From: Eukaryota sp. TZLM1-RC
Lineage: Eukaryota; Protista; Metamonada: BaSk clade
Assembly: GCA_040285825.1 (NCBI GenBank)
Contig: JAUPSS010000002.1
Location: 2,046,001 to 2,110,000, forward strand
DNA: 64,000 nt
Reading direction: 5' to 3'
The translations under genes were made by a program, and so were the position numbers. Shown in pieces: positions 1 through 12,670 of the stretch. The first letter of the stretch is position 1. Every line of letters begins with the position of its first letter. The notes beneath the pieces were generated by a model. It worked only from the letters and a program-made list of their open reading frames with translations. It had not been told where the DNA came from and did no database searches.

Positions 1-300
1 CTCTTTGTTTTTTCTTTGCTCGGATCTTTAGGTAAGGCTGCTTTGGCTTTGCTTGAGGATTTGAATGTAGTTGTAAAGGAAAGTACTGGAGGAATTTTCA
101 ATTGTGTTACAGGTAATACAGGATTGTATTTTCTATTTTTAAGGGAATGGTGAAATTAATTTCTGAATCACTTTCTTCTTTTGGTCGATTTTCAAAATCT
201 TCAGAAATTAACTGTTTCCCATTCAGAGAGGCAGCTTGTAAGGACATGGAGCTTTAGTTGTGTATTTGACATTTGTATTTTGGTTCGTTGTTTCATAAGT
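1..300 (+). mobile_element. 3' fragment of CRE-like (RLE) non-LTR retrotransposon, decayed
   Basis: Translates to VFSLLGSLGKAALALLED..VKESTGGIFN..RIVFSIFKGMVKLISESL, matching the RLE C-termini at 25100-25418, 25551-25814 and 36240-36500; followed by a T-rich 3' tail. Confidence 0.7.
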
Positions 301-428
301 AAAATTCCAACAAAATTACCTATCAAACGGTTAAGCCATCCTTCTTCACTTTTAAAGAAGTTCATATTCACATTGAATCCAGAGAAGGACCAGGTTTACC
401 AACTGGTCTACTTTGTTACTAACTTTTG

Positions 429-2777
429 ATGTCCGATCGACCGACACCAGAACCAAGGCGCTTGGAGAAGGTCCGTCTTATTGGACGTGGTAACTTTGGA
501 GCTGTCTATCTTGTCAGACAGATAGCCACTGGTGAACTTCTTGTCCTAAAACAACTTACAAACATCTCTCCAGAAGAAAGAGAAGCTGCTGAGAATGAAG
601 TAAAGCTCCTGCAGCTCCTCTCTCATCCAAATATCATCAACTACTACGGATGTTCTGCTAATGATGGGCAGTTTAACATCATTATGGAATATGCAAAAGG
701 AGGCGACCTTCACTCAAGAATCCTTAACAGAAGAGGACAACATCTCTCTGAATCTGAGATTATGTTCCTGTTTGTTCAAATTGTATCAGCCCTGAAACAC
801 GTACACGACAACAATATCCTGCACCGAGATCTCAAAACACAAAGTATGATTCCTTTTTCTCCTCTCATTACAGACATTTTTCTCACGGACAATGATGTAG
901 TAAAGCTTGGAGATTTTGGCATTTCCAAACAACTTGGCACGCATAATGATTTTGCCAGAACCTCAGTAGGAACCCCTTATTACCTTTCCCCTGAACAATG
1001 CGAAGACCGTCCCTACAATAGCAAAAGTGATATCTGGTCCCTAGGGTGTATTTTGTATGAGCTGTGTGCATTGCGGCATGCTTTTGTTGCCAAATCAATA
1101 CCGGCACTAGTGATGTCGATATTAAGGGGTATTTATGAACCAATTCCTGCTCTTTATTCGCAAGATTTGTCTGATTTGGTCAAATGGTTGCTGTCTTCGG
1201 ATCCTGATGATCGACCAACGATTGATGAGCTGGCACAATCAGAATTTGTTAGAAAATGGAGTGGTGAGTTTTTAAAGAAGTGGGAGGAAAAAGGCCAAAA
1301 CAATGTACAAAAGATCAAAATACCGAAGAATTTTGAAGATGGTAAGGGAATGGAAACTTGGAAAAAAGAAAAACATAATCAGCTTCAAGAACTGGAATCA
1401 TTGATGAAAGCACACCGCCACCCTTCACCGTCTCCTCTGAACCATTACACTCCTCCCCAACGCCAACCTCCTCCTCCAGTAAGAAAGCATAAGGGTAGGG
1501 AACTGAGAAGGGAGTCTCCGCTGAAGAAGGAAGAAGTGAAAGAAGAATTGCGGCAAAAAAGGAGACATAGGGTAGCTTCAAAGAATGATATGAAGGATCA
1601 CGAGAAAAAATTTATAGCAAAACTTAAAAACGTTAAAAGCAGAATTTCCAAACCTTCTCCTTCTGTTGAAACAAAGGCTGATTCAAAATTAAAAGAAGGG
1701 AGTAAAAAGGAAAGTGAAGTAACTCCTGTTCTTAAAGAGGAAGTTGGTGAAGTCAGCAGTCAAGGAAAGTCAAGGCCTAAGGTGACCCCCAAGGCTCCTG
1801 ATTCTGGACTGCGTGCCTTTATTCAGAAGAAGAAAAAGGAAAAAGTACAAAAAGATCAAAATGAAAAGTCTGATATTGAGATTCTAATTCCAACAAACCC
1901 CCCTATTCAACCGGAAGCTCAAAAAGAAAAAGTTAATGAGCCAGTAGTTGAAATATTTGTAAAAGAACCTGAAACATCCAACCAAGATCGTCAAGATGAA
2001 CAAATTGAGAAAGAAGATCAAAAAGAAGACGAACAAGTGCAAGAAGCAGATCCAAATTCTTCGTCTTTTGTTGAAGAATCTTCTGTCCCAGATACAGCCG
2101 AGCAACAACTAAAAGATAAATTCAGTGATGCAGAAGAGTACTCAATACCACCAAATTCTGCACCTTTTGAACCCAGAGGTATTTCTCCAACACCAGATGA
2201 TTTCAACCGTTGTTTGTCTTTCAAGGGAAATCTGCTCAAAAATCCTATTGTCGATGATGTCTTTGATGACGTTTCTGATGATGAAATCAATCAAAGTTTC
2301 AATTTCCAATCAAATTCAGGTCCAGAATTCACATCTCCGATACATGAGCAAGACATTCCTGGTTCAACTCCTCTTTTCCAAACAGAAGGTCTCTCATCAC
2401 CCCCTGCTGCAGAGTCTTTGAAAGTCAAGGAGAATTCAACAGAAACACCGAGAACAACAGAATATAATGCAGTTGCCAATACTATGAAGACAATGCTCAG
2501 AGACGAATTCCAGACGTGTAAAGAACCGTCAAGAAAGGTCAATAAAAGTCCCATTGACACGTCATCAATAGTTCAAAAAATAGAAGAACTACGAGACTTT
2601 TGTGAACGACAACTGGGTCTTGATGCTTTTATTACCGTTTATGGTATTTTAAAGCAATCAGATCCAACACTTTTAGAACAAAATTGGGTGGTGCTGGAAG
2701 ACATTCTTGGTGATAGGATTTTTTTGTTAGGGTGTATTCAGCGAATTTTAACATTAGAAGGTAAATTGAAGGACTGA
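429..2777 (+). CDS. NIMA-related (NEK) Ser/Thr kinase, ~772 aa, one intron 844-873
   Basis: GRGNFG, VLK, HRDLKTQ|NIF (restored by removing the 30-nt gtatga...ttacag intron), DFG, GTPYYLSPE, KSDIWSLGC; charged tail and NEK1-like C-terminal IEELR..CE..LG motif. Confidence 0.93.
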   Translation: MSDRPTPEPRRLEKVRLIGRGNFGAVYLVRQIATGELLVLKQLTNISPEEREAAENEVKLLQLLSHPNIINYYGCSANDGQFNIIMEYAKGGDLHSRILNRRGQHLSESEIMFLFVQIVSALKHVHDNNILHRDLKTQSMIPFSPLITDIFLTDNDVVKLGDFGISKQLGTHNDFARTSVGTPYYLSPEQCEDRPYNSKSDIWSLGCILYELCALRHAFVAKSIPALVMSILRGIYEPIPALYSQDLSDLVKWLLSSDPDDRPTIDELAQSEFVRKWSGEFLKKWEEKGQNNVQKIKIPKNFEDGKGMETWKKEKHNQLQELESLMKAHRHPSPSPLNHYTPPQRQPPPPVRKHKGRELRRESPLKKEEVKEELRQKRRHRVASKNDMKDHEKKFIAKLKNVKSRISKPSPSVETKADSKLKEGSKKESEVTPVLKEEVGEVSSQGKSRPKVTPKAPDSGLRAFIQKKKKEKVQKDQNEKSDIEILIPTNPPIQPEAQKEKVNEPVVEIFVKEPETSNQDRQDEQIEKEDQKEDEQVQEADPNSSSFVEESSVPDTAEQQLKDKFSDAEEYSIPPNSAPFEPRGISPTPDDFNRCLSFKGNLLKNPIVDDVFDDVSDDEINQSFNFQSNSGPEFTSPIHEQDIPGSTPLFQTEGLSSPPAAESLKVKENSTETPRTTEYNAVANTMKTMLRDEFQTCKEPSRKVNKSPIDTSSIVQKIEELRDFCERQLGLDAFITVYGILKQSDPTLLEQNWVVLEDILGDRIFLLGCIQRILTLEGKLKD

Positions 2778-2873
2778 TTGATGCATTAAGTGATGTTTAC
2801 CATTGTAAGTATTTGTAAATTAGTATTATTTAAATATTGACATTTATAAAAATTGGTTTATTTCAATATACAG

Positions 2874-5216
2874 TTATACCAAAGCTCTTGTATCAAGGCA
2901 ACATTGTTTTCTTAAAGAAGCTTTGAGACAAATAAATACTACTAAAACAATAGTGGAAAAAACTAAAAATAATCTAAGAAATGATTGTTTCCCTATAGAA
3001 AAATCTTCAAAACTTGATGGAACATTGAAGTAATCATCTAAAAATTCTGAAACCAGTCTGACACTTTCTCTATTTGGTTCAGAACTCAGATCATCATTTA
3101 AACAAATAAACTTTGGTCTTCTTCTCCTTATTGAGTCCAATACCCTGGAAACTTCACCAGCATTGTCTGTTAGGGGATGGAAAGCGACATCATCCAAATC
3201 TTCAATAACAAATTGATATTTGTTTTTGGAAGTTTCAATTTCATTAAGGGTGTCAATAACTATGGTCAAGTGGGAAAATTTAAACCTTGATATTTTAAAC
3301 AAAGAAAAATCTAAAGGTTTGTAATTTTCGTCATGATGGGTGATTACGGAACCGGACAGTCCAAATTTGGAAAGTGCATTTAATTGACTGCCAGCTAGGT
3401 CAAAAAAGGATTCAGAATTTGTTGAATTTTGAACGTATTGCATTGGAGACATTGTTGTTTGTCCTGTTACAACTTTTTGTAACCAATCAATAGAGTTTTG
3501 ATTAACAGGATCAAATAAGTCTGCCAAAAGTCGTCTAGCTTCTATTCCGCTGATAAATCCATCACTGTTGACGTCATAAAGGTCAAAATAAAACTCCCAG
3601 GACTGGGGACTTCGCTTGACTTCCTGAAGGAATTGATAATACATTAATCCAAACTGAACATCATTTGAACTTCTAAATCTATTTTTTGAGGTGTTAAGAA
3701 AGTTTTCTTTAAATGTTTCAAAGCAATCTTGTAGGACAGGTAGTTGAATTAAATAAGGCATGTGGGCAGGTACTCGACGACCGACAGGGCCAAATTTTGA
3801 AGAAAGGATCATATCAACATGACGTAAAGAATCAGAATATGCATCGACTTCCTCTTCCTTTTCCTCAATGTCATCAGGAATATCATTGACTGGGTCATCA
3901 TTTTGAGCTTCATTTTGATCTTTTTGATCCATTTTTTGAGGTGTTTCATCTTCTTCGTTTATAACAACAATAATTTTCATTCCAAATAAAACATTGTCCT
4001 CATCAATTAACCGAATTTTGTGATCAAATTTAGTAACTTTGATATTACTTATAGAACTCAACTCTTTTAGAGCATTTGTTAGATGGTCTCTTGGTCTCAG
4101 AACAACATAAAGTTTTTGTTTTGAATGATTAAAGAAAACCTTCCAAATACAATTCAGAGAAAACTTCTGTTCATCTTCCACGGCAAAATCTATGGGTTTG
4201 TATTCTACTTCCACAAAGGAGTTATTAACTGAAACGTCGACAATCAAGCTCTTGTCGTCAATCAAAACTTCAATCACATCCCCATTTTGACCCTCTTGAC
4301 TGGCAACCTCATCATCACTACAGTCACCTCCATCAAACCCACATTCTTTATTATTACAATTAGTATCACACATCCCATCACCCACCCAATTAACAAAGCA
4401 ACCAGTTGAGCAATATTTTGCATTATTGGAGGTTTCTGACTGCCACGACCATGATGACGTTGCAGTTTCCGTTTCCACCCCTTCACAGTCACCTCCATCA
4501 AACCCACATTCTTTATTATTACACACTCCATCACATCTTCCGTCACCAATCCAAGCTGATGAACACCCTGGTGAGCATTCAGGGACAGGCCAGGTGGGGA
4601 AGACAGACTGGCCTCGAGGAGAGACTAAATCAAAAGGAGTGATTGGAGAACCTAGGAAGAAATCATCGTTGAAGTAAATAAAATGGTCAGACACACCAAG
4701 AGAGGAGAGTCTGTGGAACTGAGCCTCAATGGCCGGGGAAGAGAAAACAGGGAGGAAGGAGTGGAGAGAAGGGTCAAAAAGGTCCCTGTGGTCAATGACG
4801 GTCAACTTTGGATGACGTGTGTTAAGCCATGTGGGAATTTGCCTATCCGTGATTAAAAACACCTTACGAATCCAAGGTGCATAAAGCTCTAGAGAACGTA
4901 AAGAGTATTTGAGTTCATTGAATTCCCTGTACCTATTGTTTTCAATTGATTTTGTTGAAAACTTGGAGAGAGAAGACTGGAAGGAAGGATCGCTAGAGTT
5001 TACCCAGGTGTAAACTGCATCAATAACTGGAGCTTCGGTGTGAGGGTTGAAGGAAACTGGAGGAGTAGCTAGGTGTGTGGAGAAGTTTGCCATGTGCAGA
5101 AAAAGAGACACAACACTGAACAGGAAAAGAAAGCAGAAAAAAGCAAGGCCATAAGAGGTGTTGACAATGTTGAAGAGATGATGTCGTAAGACCTTTTGCA
5201 GTGAAGAGGACGACAT
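2874..5216 (-). CDS. Stealth-family GlcNAc-1-phosphotransferase alpha/beta-like protein (GNPTAB-like)
   Basis: Stealth CR1 IDAVYTWVN; CR2 ELKYSLRS..APWIR..FSSPAIE..YFNDD; two LNR/Notch repeats (C..GC...WxGDGxCD..CNNKECGFDGGDC); CR3 RRVPAHMP; EF-hand DVNSDGFIS; CR4 KFICLND; N- and C-terminal TM helices. Confidence 0.9.
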   Translation of the reverse strand: MSSSSLQKVLRHHLFNIVNTSYGLAFFCFLFLFSVVSLFLHMANFSTHLATPPVSFNPHTEAPVIDAVYTWVNSSDPSFQSSLSKFSTKSIENNRYREFNELKYSLRSLELYAPWIRKVFLITDRQIPTWLNTRHPKLTVIDHRDLFDPSLHSFLPVFSSPAIEAQFHRLSSLGVSDHFIYFNDDFFLGSPITPFDLVSPRGQSVFPTWPVPECSPGCSSAWIGDGRCDGVCNNKECGFDGGDCEGVETETATSSWSWQSETSNNAKYCSTGCFVNWVGDGMCDTNCNNKECGFDGGDCSDDEVASQEGQNGDVIEVLIDDKSLIVDVSVNNSFVEVEYKPIDFAVEDEQKFSLNCIWKVFFNHSKQKLYVVLRPRDHLTNALKELSSISNIKVTKFDHKIRLIDEDNVLFGMKIIVVINEEDETPQKMDQKDQNEAQNDDPVNDIPDDIEEKEEEVDAYSDSLRHVDMILSSKFGPVGRRVPAHMPYLIQLPVLQDCFETFKENFLNTSKNRFRSSNDVQFGLMYYQFLQEVKRSPQSWEFYFDLYDVNSDGFISGIEARRLLADLFDPVNQNSIDWLQKVVTGQTTMSPMQYVQNSTNSESFFDLAGSQLNALSKFGLSGSVITHHDENYKPLDFSLFKISRFKFSHLTIVIDTLNEIETSKNKYQFVIEDLDDVAFHPLTDNAGEVSRVLDSIRRRRPKFICLNDDLSSEPNRESVRLVSEFLDDYFNVPSSFEDFSIGKQSFLRLFLVFSTIVLVVFICLKASLRKQCCLDTRALV

Positions 5217-5270
5217 CAACTAAAAGCACACTAATGTTGAATAGTTTTTACTGTGGGAAATTCCCATAAG

Positions 5271-7373
5271 TACACGCTCAATTTTCGTGTGGAATAATTA
5301 CAAATACTATCTACCACACAAATACTGAGGCCTTTCATTACCACTCATTCTGGCTTCTGCAATTGCAAACATATTTAGACAAGCCAGCTTATTTCTATTG
5401 AAAAGCTTTGTTGAGCCTTTGTTACTGAGTTTGCAACTCTCACTGTTACAAGCTAATAAACCATGACATTTAGTAACAGGAGTCTTTGCTCTTCTGTAGA
5501 ATCTGGGATTTGTTACTCTCAAAAACGTAGCAACCTTTGCAAAACAAACAGGACATTTTGCTGAAGTGAAAGCTTCATTAATCATCAACACTTCAAATCC
5601 ATTTCTTTTCAGAAATTCAGTCCATCCAATGCCTCTAGTAGGTCTCTGATGTTTTAAATTCTTGGAAACTTTTTTTACCATAATCACCCATTAGTATTAA
5701 AGTGTCTTTTGGGTTGCCAGACTGCTGAACAAGGCTTTTTAACAACCAACTTTCAGTCTTTTGCTTGTGAATAAAAGCTTGCATTTTATGAATGCTCCAC
5801 AAGTCAAGACTGTAAAAGTCAATTGTCAAAAAAGCTTGCCGAAGTTTGGTAACCACAAAGTTTGAGAACTCTCTAAAAGTTGCTGAATTTGCAGCAAATG
5901 CGGATAATTGGGTGTGCATCTTCAATTGTCATTTCATTAGACTCTATCAATTAGTTCCTGTCGTAACCTACCTCAGTATACTTTGTCGCCCATCGTTTTT
6001 GCTTTTCAATCATCCTACTTTTCAAAGACTAGCACATCTGAGTCATTCTTAACCATTTGTACTTCTTGTCTTGATTCATGACCCGACTATTTCTTTGCTG
6101 TTCAGTTTCATCTTCAGGAACTATGGCTAATTCTTGATCCGTTTTTTTACTACCAAAATACAATAAATCACGTTTTCCAGGATCACAAACAACAATTAGT
6201 TTGTCTTGAAAAGCATCAACATCATCATCATCAAATATAAATCAGAAATACTAGCCTTGTTGTCTGGCTTACATTTCTGACCTTGTAAATCCCGATGAAC
6301 AAATTCTACTGCAATCTTAAATCCATCTGTGTGGATAATGTTGTTGAATTGATAGCTCTTTTGTTTGAACATTAATTGGTTTAAATCGATAAAATTAGAC
6401 CAAAATTCAAATTGCTCAGGTGGTTTGAATTTCGTAATTTGCGCTAGTGTATTGGACATTTTCGACGTCTGTGTAAATGATAAATCATCAATTAATGTTT
6501 GTTTAATTATTCTCCATATTGTTCTTGAATCAATAGGAAAATATCCAGGGCCTACAGTGGTTGAAACAGAAGAAATATGATAAGGTTTTCCCTCTCTACT
6601 GGAGATATATTGGGCGATTGTAATTGCTGGTTTTAGGAATATTTGAGGATCTTTTTCAACAGCGTCTGCAGGAAAGTGTATATCCACTGGAAATATGTTA
6701 TTAACTAAATTCTCGTCAGTGACCCTATTCTCAATTTGACAAATGAATGGCTCAATAAGACCTTCAAATATGTCTGTGAGTTCATTATTTCTTATATCAG
6801 GTTGTTCACATAAATCGAAAAATTCATCATTCAGAAGGTCTGAAATATTACCAGGATGATGAAACAAAGAACTCAAGCAATCTCTATCATAAACTAAAAA
6901 CAAGTTTTTGAATTGACGAAGCCTAAATCTATATAGTGAAATAATTGTAGATAATGGCGTCGAGTATCCACCCAGCTTGTGCATTTCTGCTAACATATTT
7001 TCCACATCTGGTTTGTCAAAATAAGCATTAATAAATCGATTAATATGTTTTTTATAATTTAGTTTCAAATTATTCTCAAAAATGGCAAACATTACTGGGG
7101 CCATTTACTTGGGTGGTTTACTGAAGCCATCAGTTGGAAATCGTGGAAACTGTTCAGGCTTGTGTCTTGAGTGATCAAGATAACTCAATGTTTTGTTTAA
7201 CTTTTGTTGCTCAAAGGTAGTTTTAAAAGTATAAACTCCTTCGTCATGTACAAAGTCTTCAAAATCCTGTGGAAATGCACTTTTTGGTTTCACCATTCTT
7301 TGCCCATAATACTCAGCTGAAATATAACGAATTCTGGCCATTAATGATTAATATAATTGGGCAATTATTCGTG
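5271..7373 (-). mobile_element. Fanzor (TnpB-like) element family A, copy 1, pseudogenised
   Basis: IHTDG, RuvC-I VVCDPG, LMGDYG, RuvC-II INEAFTS, zinc finger CPVC..CHGLLAC...C, RuvC-III-position NRN..ACLNM, terminal ERPQYL; near-identical inverted copy at 13277-15380. Confidence 0.88.
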
Positions 7374-7376
7374 TCA

Positions 7377-8400
7377 AAGTGTAAAATTTAATAGATGAGC
7401 TGTTTATTCTCACTACATTCCAGACACCCACTTTGTGTCACGTGTATTCACTCGGTCTTGTGCACTTAACCCGCTACTGACCCCTGCAGCGGTGCAACAA
7501 ATTCGGACTGACCTTTCTTTGGTCACCGAGATTTGTCATAAAGCGTGTTTATTGCTTCAATCTTTTCTTCTAAATTTTCCGTTGGCATCTAGAGCTTTAG
7601 TGGAACAGGATGTATGGTATCTGTTTATGACCGTCATCACCACTGTTTCTTTTCCAAAGCCTTTCACATCTAAAGGCCAACGGCAATTACTCCATATCTT
7701 TTACAGTGAATTTCTTCCTGAATGCCCACAAGACAGTCTTGTTTCTTCATGGGAAAATTCTTTGGTGCCTTATAGAAATTTATTCAATTTTTTCTCAATG
7801 CTTGGCTGCAGTCTCAGAATTTTAATTTTATCAATAGAGAAGGGCTTTCTCCTTACCTTGCTTGTCGGTCTCGTCAATTGGCGTCTAACGTGAAGACAAG
7901 TTTACCTAATTTTTGTCAATCCTGGACAAATAACTTTATTCGTGCTCATTGTAGAGCTCTAGATAAAACAAATGTCTGTGCCAATTGTATTCTTTCTTTC
8001 TTTTGCCAGAGGAACCATTAGCCAACCCGAGGAAGTAGTTGTTGATTCTGTTCTCGAACACTACATCAATTTCAATCTGAATAATTCAAGAAAAAGATTC
8101 TTTTTATTAAATGCATGTAAGTTTATCTTGAATCTCCTTCAAAGATTTCCTTCCACTGCTTCCCTACTGTCCTCATATGATAAAATAATCTTTTCATCAA
8201 AGGAAACTGGTGAGCTTTTTCTCTTTAATCTTGAAATTTCACAATACTTACTCACTTTCTTTTCTCCCATGCAATGCTGGAAGAAATTTAGAATAATACC
8301 TTTAGCTTCTCATAAATGTTCTAAATTTCATGAGCTACCTTCACATGTACAAGCTCTCAAGTTGAAAAGAGAAGTTGAAGTGAAAAGTTGAAGAGAAAAG
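7377..8400 (+). mobile_element. Fanzor family B 5' fragment (left end plus N-terminal ORF remnants)
   Basis: Left end aagtgtaaaattt..gatgagctgtttattctcactac and ORF SRVFTRSCALN.LLTP..QIR.DL..VTEICH are homologous to 38500-39531 (-), which continues into RuvC motifs. Confidence 0.75.
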
Positions 8401-9669
8401 TTGAAATTATTCACAAACAATGTTTTTGAACAATCTTTATTAATAAACATCCAAGTTGTCAGGGTTTTGGGTAAACAATACCCAACATATACGTGCAATA
8501 CCCTTAGTATTTCCACTTATATTGTGTCAATATTTGAGGATAGGATAGAGCATCTCCAGAAGAAGCTTCATTGCCCACCTTGAACGCCAAAATATTTGAT
8601 TTATGTTTTCTGCAATTTTTACGTTGAAATGTAAAAATATATGAATTACTCATCAGCTTTATTGGAACTACTATTACTATATTGAGTAGAACGTTGAAAT
8701 AGTTGGCTCGTGGTTACTAGAATCGATTAGTATGGACTATTTGTAAATATTTCAAATACAAAAGTGGTCTATTGTTCCTGATCTTGCCTTACTGCATCAA
8801 GAATGTCAAATTCACCAATTCCATATTTCGCAGAAAATTTTCCACGTTGCCCTTGTTCATTTATTTACCTTAGACTTATAAAGTGTTTGATTTAGTCTTC
8901 TTTGTATTTAGTACTTACTGCGGATAACCTTTAATGATGGAAAATTTCTCGAAAATAGCCTGATGGATCCAAAATATTGGCCCAATGTGCTCATTATGCA
9001 GCTCTGGACACGTAACGTTATGCCACATATGATGAAGTTGTCCAAGTTAACCCATTCTCGAAACATATAATAGACTTGATAAGACATTATTCAATTTTGA
9101 ACTGCGGTTCTGAGAGGTGTGGTATCATTTCAACACTTTTTTTGAAAAGAAGGTGCATGTTTTCATGATTAAACATTTTGCAAATCTGTGTAACTTTAAG
9201 AGAGTAAGTCACTGCATCTTCTTTGGTGAACACATATTTTGAAAAAGGTTCAGATGGAATTTATCGATTTAAATTCGTATGTTCGTCTTATTTGAAGCAG
9301 AAATGTTGCTTCAGCTAGTATGATTTCTCTACAGCGAGGTTTCGCAGTGATAATTAAATTAACTACGATTAAATACAATTTGTTATCAATACATATTTGT
9401 CGCTACACATCCATAAATACATGTCACGGCTTAATAGCATGAAATGTAAATTCTATAGCATTTTTTCAAGAAGGATTTGAAATAGAAATAAACTGGCTTG
9501 GTCACTCCATCAAACCCAAACTCAGAAATTTGATAGATCGAGGTTTGGATGAGTTCAAACCTGCTGATCAATGATGACAAGGCATTTTCTACAATTTTCT
9601 TGACCAGATGACCAGAAAGGTTTTTCCTCCGATCTCGATTCTCAATCACATTTTCTTATATACAAAACA

Positions 9670-10930
9670 ATGGCCGATCCTAAACAAGAAATCCTTGCTC
9701 TCATTGATGAGCTTTCCAAGCTCAAGCACGACCTCTTTGGTAACGATTATCTCCGTACATGGGATCTCTCTGACGACACTGTCAAAGCTGTCGTCTTGAC
9801 TTCCCAAATCTTGAAGAAGATGTGGGACAACAACATCTCTGCCAAGGTCTTTGACTCTGGACTTGCTGTCTCTCAATTTCGTGATAATGTATGAAATTTC
9901 AAACTTACTCACTACAGTCAACCCGTACTCGTTTTTCTTTCGCCTCGGCAGCTGCTTTCCTGGGACTCAATGTTCAAGATCTTGATGAAGAGAAGTCTCA
10001 GATCAGTCATGGTGAAACTGTCCGTGAAACTGCTAACATGATCTCATTCCTTACAGAAGTCATTGGTATTCGTGATGATAAGTTTTTGGGAGCTGGCCAC
10101 ACTTATCAAGCTGAAGTTGCTCAATCACTTTCCGATGGACATAAGGAAGGTGTACTTCCCCAACGTCCAGCCGTTGTAAACCTCCAATGTGATGAAGATC
10201 ACCCAACTCAATCCATGAGTGATTTACTTCATCTGATTGAACATTTCGGAGGTGTTGAAAACCTCAAAGGTAAAAAGCTCGCCATGACCTGGGCCTACTC
10301 TCCCAGTTATGGTAAACCTTTGTCTGTTCCTCAAGGTATCATTGGTCTCCTCAGTCGATTCGGCATGGACATCCATCTTGCCCACCCTGAAGGGTTTGTT
10401 TTTTCAATTATACTCATATTAGATATGACCTTATCCCCGAAGTTGTTGACATTGCCAAGCAAAACTCTGAGAAAAGTGGTGGTTCCTTCACTCATGGTCA
10501 CTCTATGACAGATGCCTTCAAGGATGCCCACGTTGTTTATCCCAAATCCTGGGCCAGCATGGCTACCTACGCCAAGCGTACTGAGTATCTCAAGAACGGA
10601 GATAAGGAGGGCCTTGATCAACTTGAAAAGATCACCCTTGCTGAAAATGCTAAGCATATGGACTGGGAATGTACTGAAGAAAAGATGAAGCTCACAAAGG
10701 AAGGAAAGGCTATGTATATGCATTGTCTTCCTGCTGATATCACAGGTGTTTCTTGTGAACACGGTGAAGTTGAAGCTTCTGTTTTTGATAGATATCGTGT
10801 TGATACCTACAAGGAAGCTTCTCATAAGCCTCATGTAATTGCATCAGCTGTCCTCTTGTCTCGCTTCCAAAACTGTCCTGAAGTTTTGAAGAAGTTGGTT
10901 GAAGAAGGCAAACCTCACAGACGTGTTTAA
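9670..10930 (+). CDS. ygeW: Knotted carbamoyltransferase YgeW-like, ~400 aa, introns 9889-9917 and 10394-10422
   Basis: Splicing two 29-nt GT-AG introns restores FRDN|STRTRFSF and HPEG|YDLIPEVV; motifs SHGETVRETANMISF, NLQCDEDHPTQS, WAYSPSYGKPLSVPQG, VYPKSWA, YMHCLPADITGVSC. Confidence 0.93.
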
Positions 10931-11689
10931 ATTAGTTTTGTAGAGTTGTCTTATATAAATTTTTGATGTATCGTTCACTGTCAAGACAACAATTGTAACA
11001 AATCATTTATCTTGATTATTTGACTTTGGGAGTAGCCTATATTAGGAGTAACATGAATGGAGTCGTAGCTATCTGTGTAGTAATATAATCTTTCATTCAC
11101 TGGAACTAAAAAGCTCAACTTAGGTTTATTCTCTTGCTGAAATTTCGATTTGAGTTAAAATGATTCATTTAAATTATAGCTTTGTGATGTGAGTTGTGTC
11201 AATTGAAGCCATACAAAAACATGACGTCATTAATTGCCATGACAATCAATCCTTTGAATTCTGAATTTTACTAAATAAAAATTTTATGATGGACCATCCA
11301 AATCCAACATGGTCCTAGTTTAAGTAATTATGCGTAAATAATGATGAGTGAAAAGAAAGTTAAACTTCCAGAGAAGTAACAGAATTTGAATGGATGATCC
11401 TCTGAATTGTTCAGTGTCTGGTTTTAGCTTATATAACGCAGACAATCAAATTGAAATTGCCAAAGTAACACCAATTAAGAAGAATTCATTGCCACTTCAG
11501 ATTTCTGAATTATCTGGACATGCTTTCTGGGACACACAGGCAATTTACAGAATTTTGGATCCCTGATCAATCGAATTACCCGAGAAATTCTGGAGCTTTT
11601 CTTGGAGGAAACATTCAAAAATTCCAATATCAAAATTAGAAATGGATTGTTCGAATAGGTGAAGGGGCTTTCCAACAGCAGGATTACTT

Positions 11690-12670
11690 TTTTATTTTTT
11701 CATAAGCGCTGATATTGCAACTTGCCACCTACACCTTATAAGAAAAGATAAAGCTGGGAAGAGTCGCCTAAAGAAGCCCGAACAAGATGAAAAGGAACCG
11801 TACCTGACTGAAATTCCACGAAATGAGCTGATTAATAAAACCTTCTCAGAAATTGACCCTGGCATTAGGGAGCAATTGATGGCTGGGAAACGAAAATGAA
11901 ATTGCCCAAATCCCAACATGTAAACTGAACCACACTCAATCCCAACAGATGCAAGATTAGAATGGGACGAATGGCGTGAAGAAAACAAAAAAGAAATAGA
12001 GGTTTTATTAACAGAATTAAAAAAGACAAAAGGACAAAACCAATAATCGCCATTTCAGGCCAAAACAAAATCCTCCTCCTCCGAATGAAAACAAGAAAAA
12101 AAACTAAAGGAATTTACTTTCAAGAGACTCACTGCTCCTCAAGGGAGAAGAGAAACTCTGAACAAAGACCATCAAAAATCCAATAAGGATGCTAAAGAAT
12201 CATGGATTTACAAAAAAACAGTTAACTAATGGGAAGAAAGTTTAACACAAATTTTAAAGAAAACTCTAGACCATAAAGAATTCCTATAATACTGCAAAGC
12301 AAAAAACAACTCTTCTCTCCATAATGGAGTTTTTTACTCTTATATAGAGGAGTCATGAAGTTGCAAAGATTCATGACCAAACAGAGGTCTGAAGCAAAAT
12401 GGATGAATGAATTTGAAAATAAGTTTGGAGTTCCAGAATAATATTTTAGTGATGGGTCATCGGAAGCAAACCAATTTTAACCATCAAGCACCAACAAAGA
12501 ACGTTGGATATCGAAAGATGTTTGAAAAACATAACTTTTGTCTATTGCTGCTGGAGGATTATTGAACAAGTTGTCGATGTCATGCATGTGTACTCGAGGG
12601 GAAAGAAGGCGAAAATGTAAAGAAGCATCGAGTACCTAATCCAAGACCTTACATGATTCATGTTGTGGAT
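11690..12670 (+). pseudogene. Decayed Fanzor fragment (family E)
   Basis: IDPGIREQL (~11855), NEFENKFG..ILVMG, HQAPTKNVGYRKMFEKHNFCLLLLED..TSCRCHAC, PNPRP; many stops and frameshifts. Confidence 0.7.

Noticed and set aside
883-4677. Short antisense or alternate-frame ORFs inside the NEK and Stealth genes (and similar ones elsewhere)
   Set aside because: Shadow ORFs of real genes, with no motifs
8400-9600. Possible genes in AT-rich spacers (also 18150-18760, 29550-30000, 32860-33600, 51400-52600)
   Set aside because: Only short broken ORFs with no recognisable motifs; probably decayed repeats
9670-10930. ygeW and ssnA as frameshifted pseudogenes or bacterial contamination
   Set aside because: Every break is resolved by a canonical short intron that restores a conserved motif
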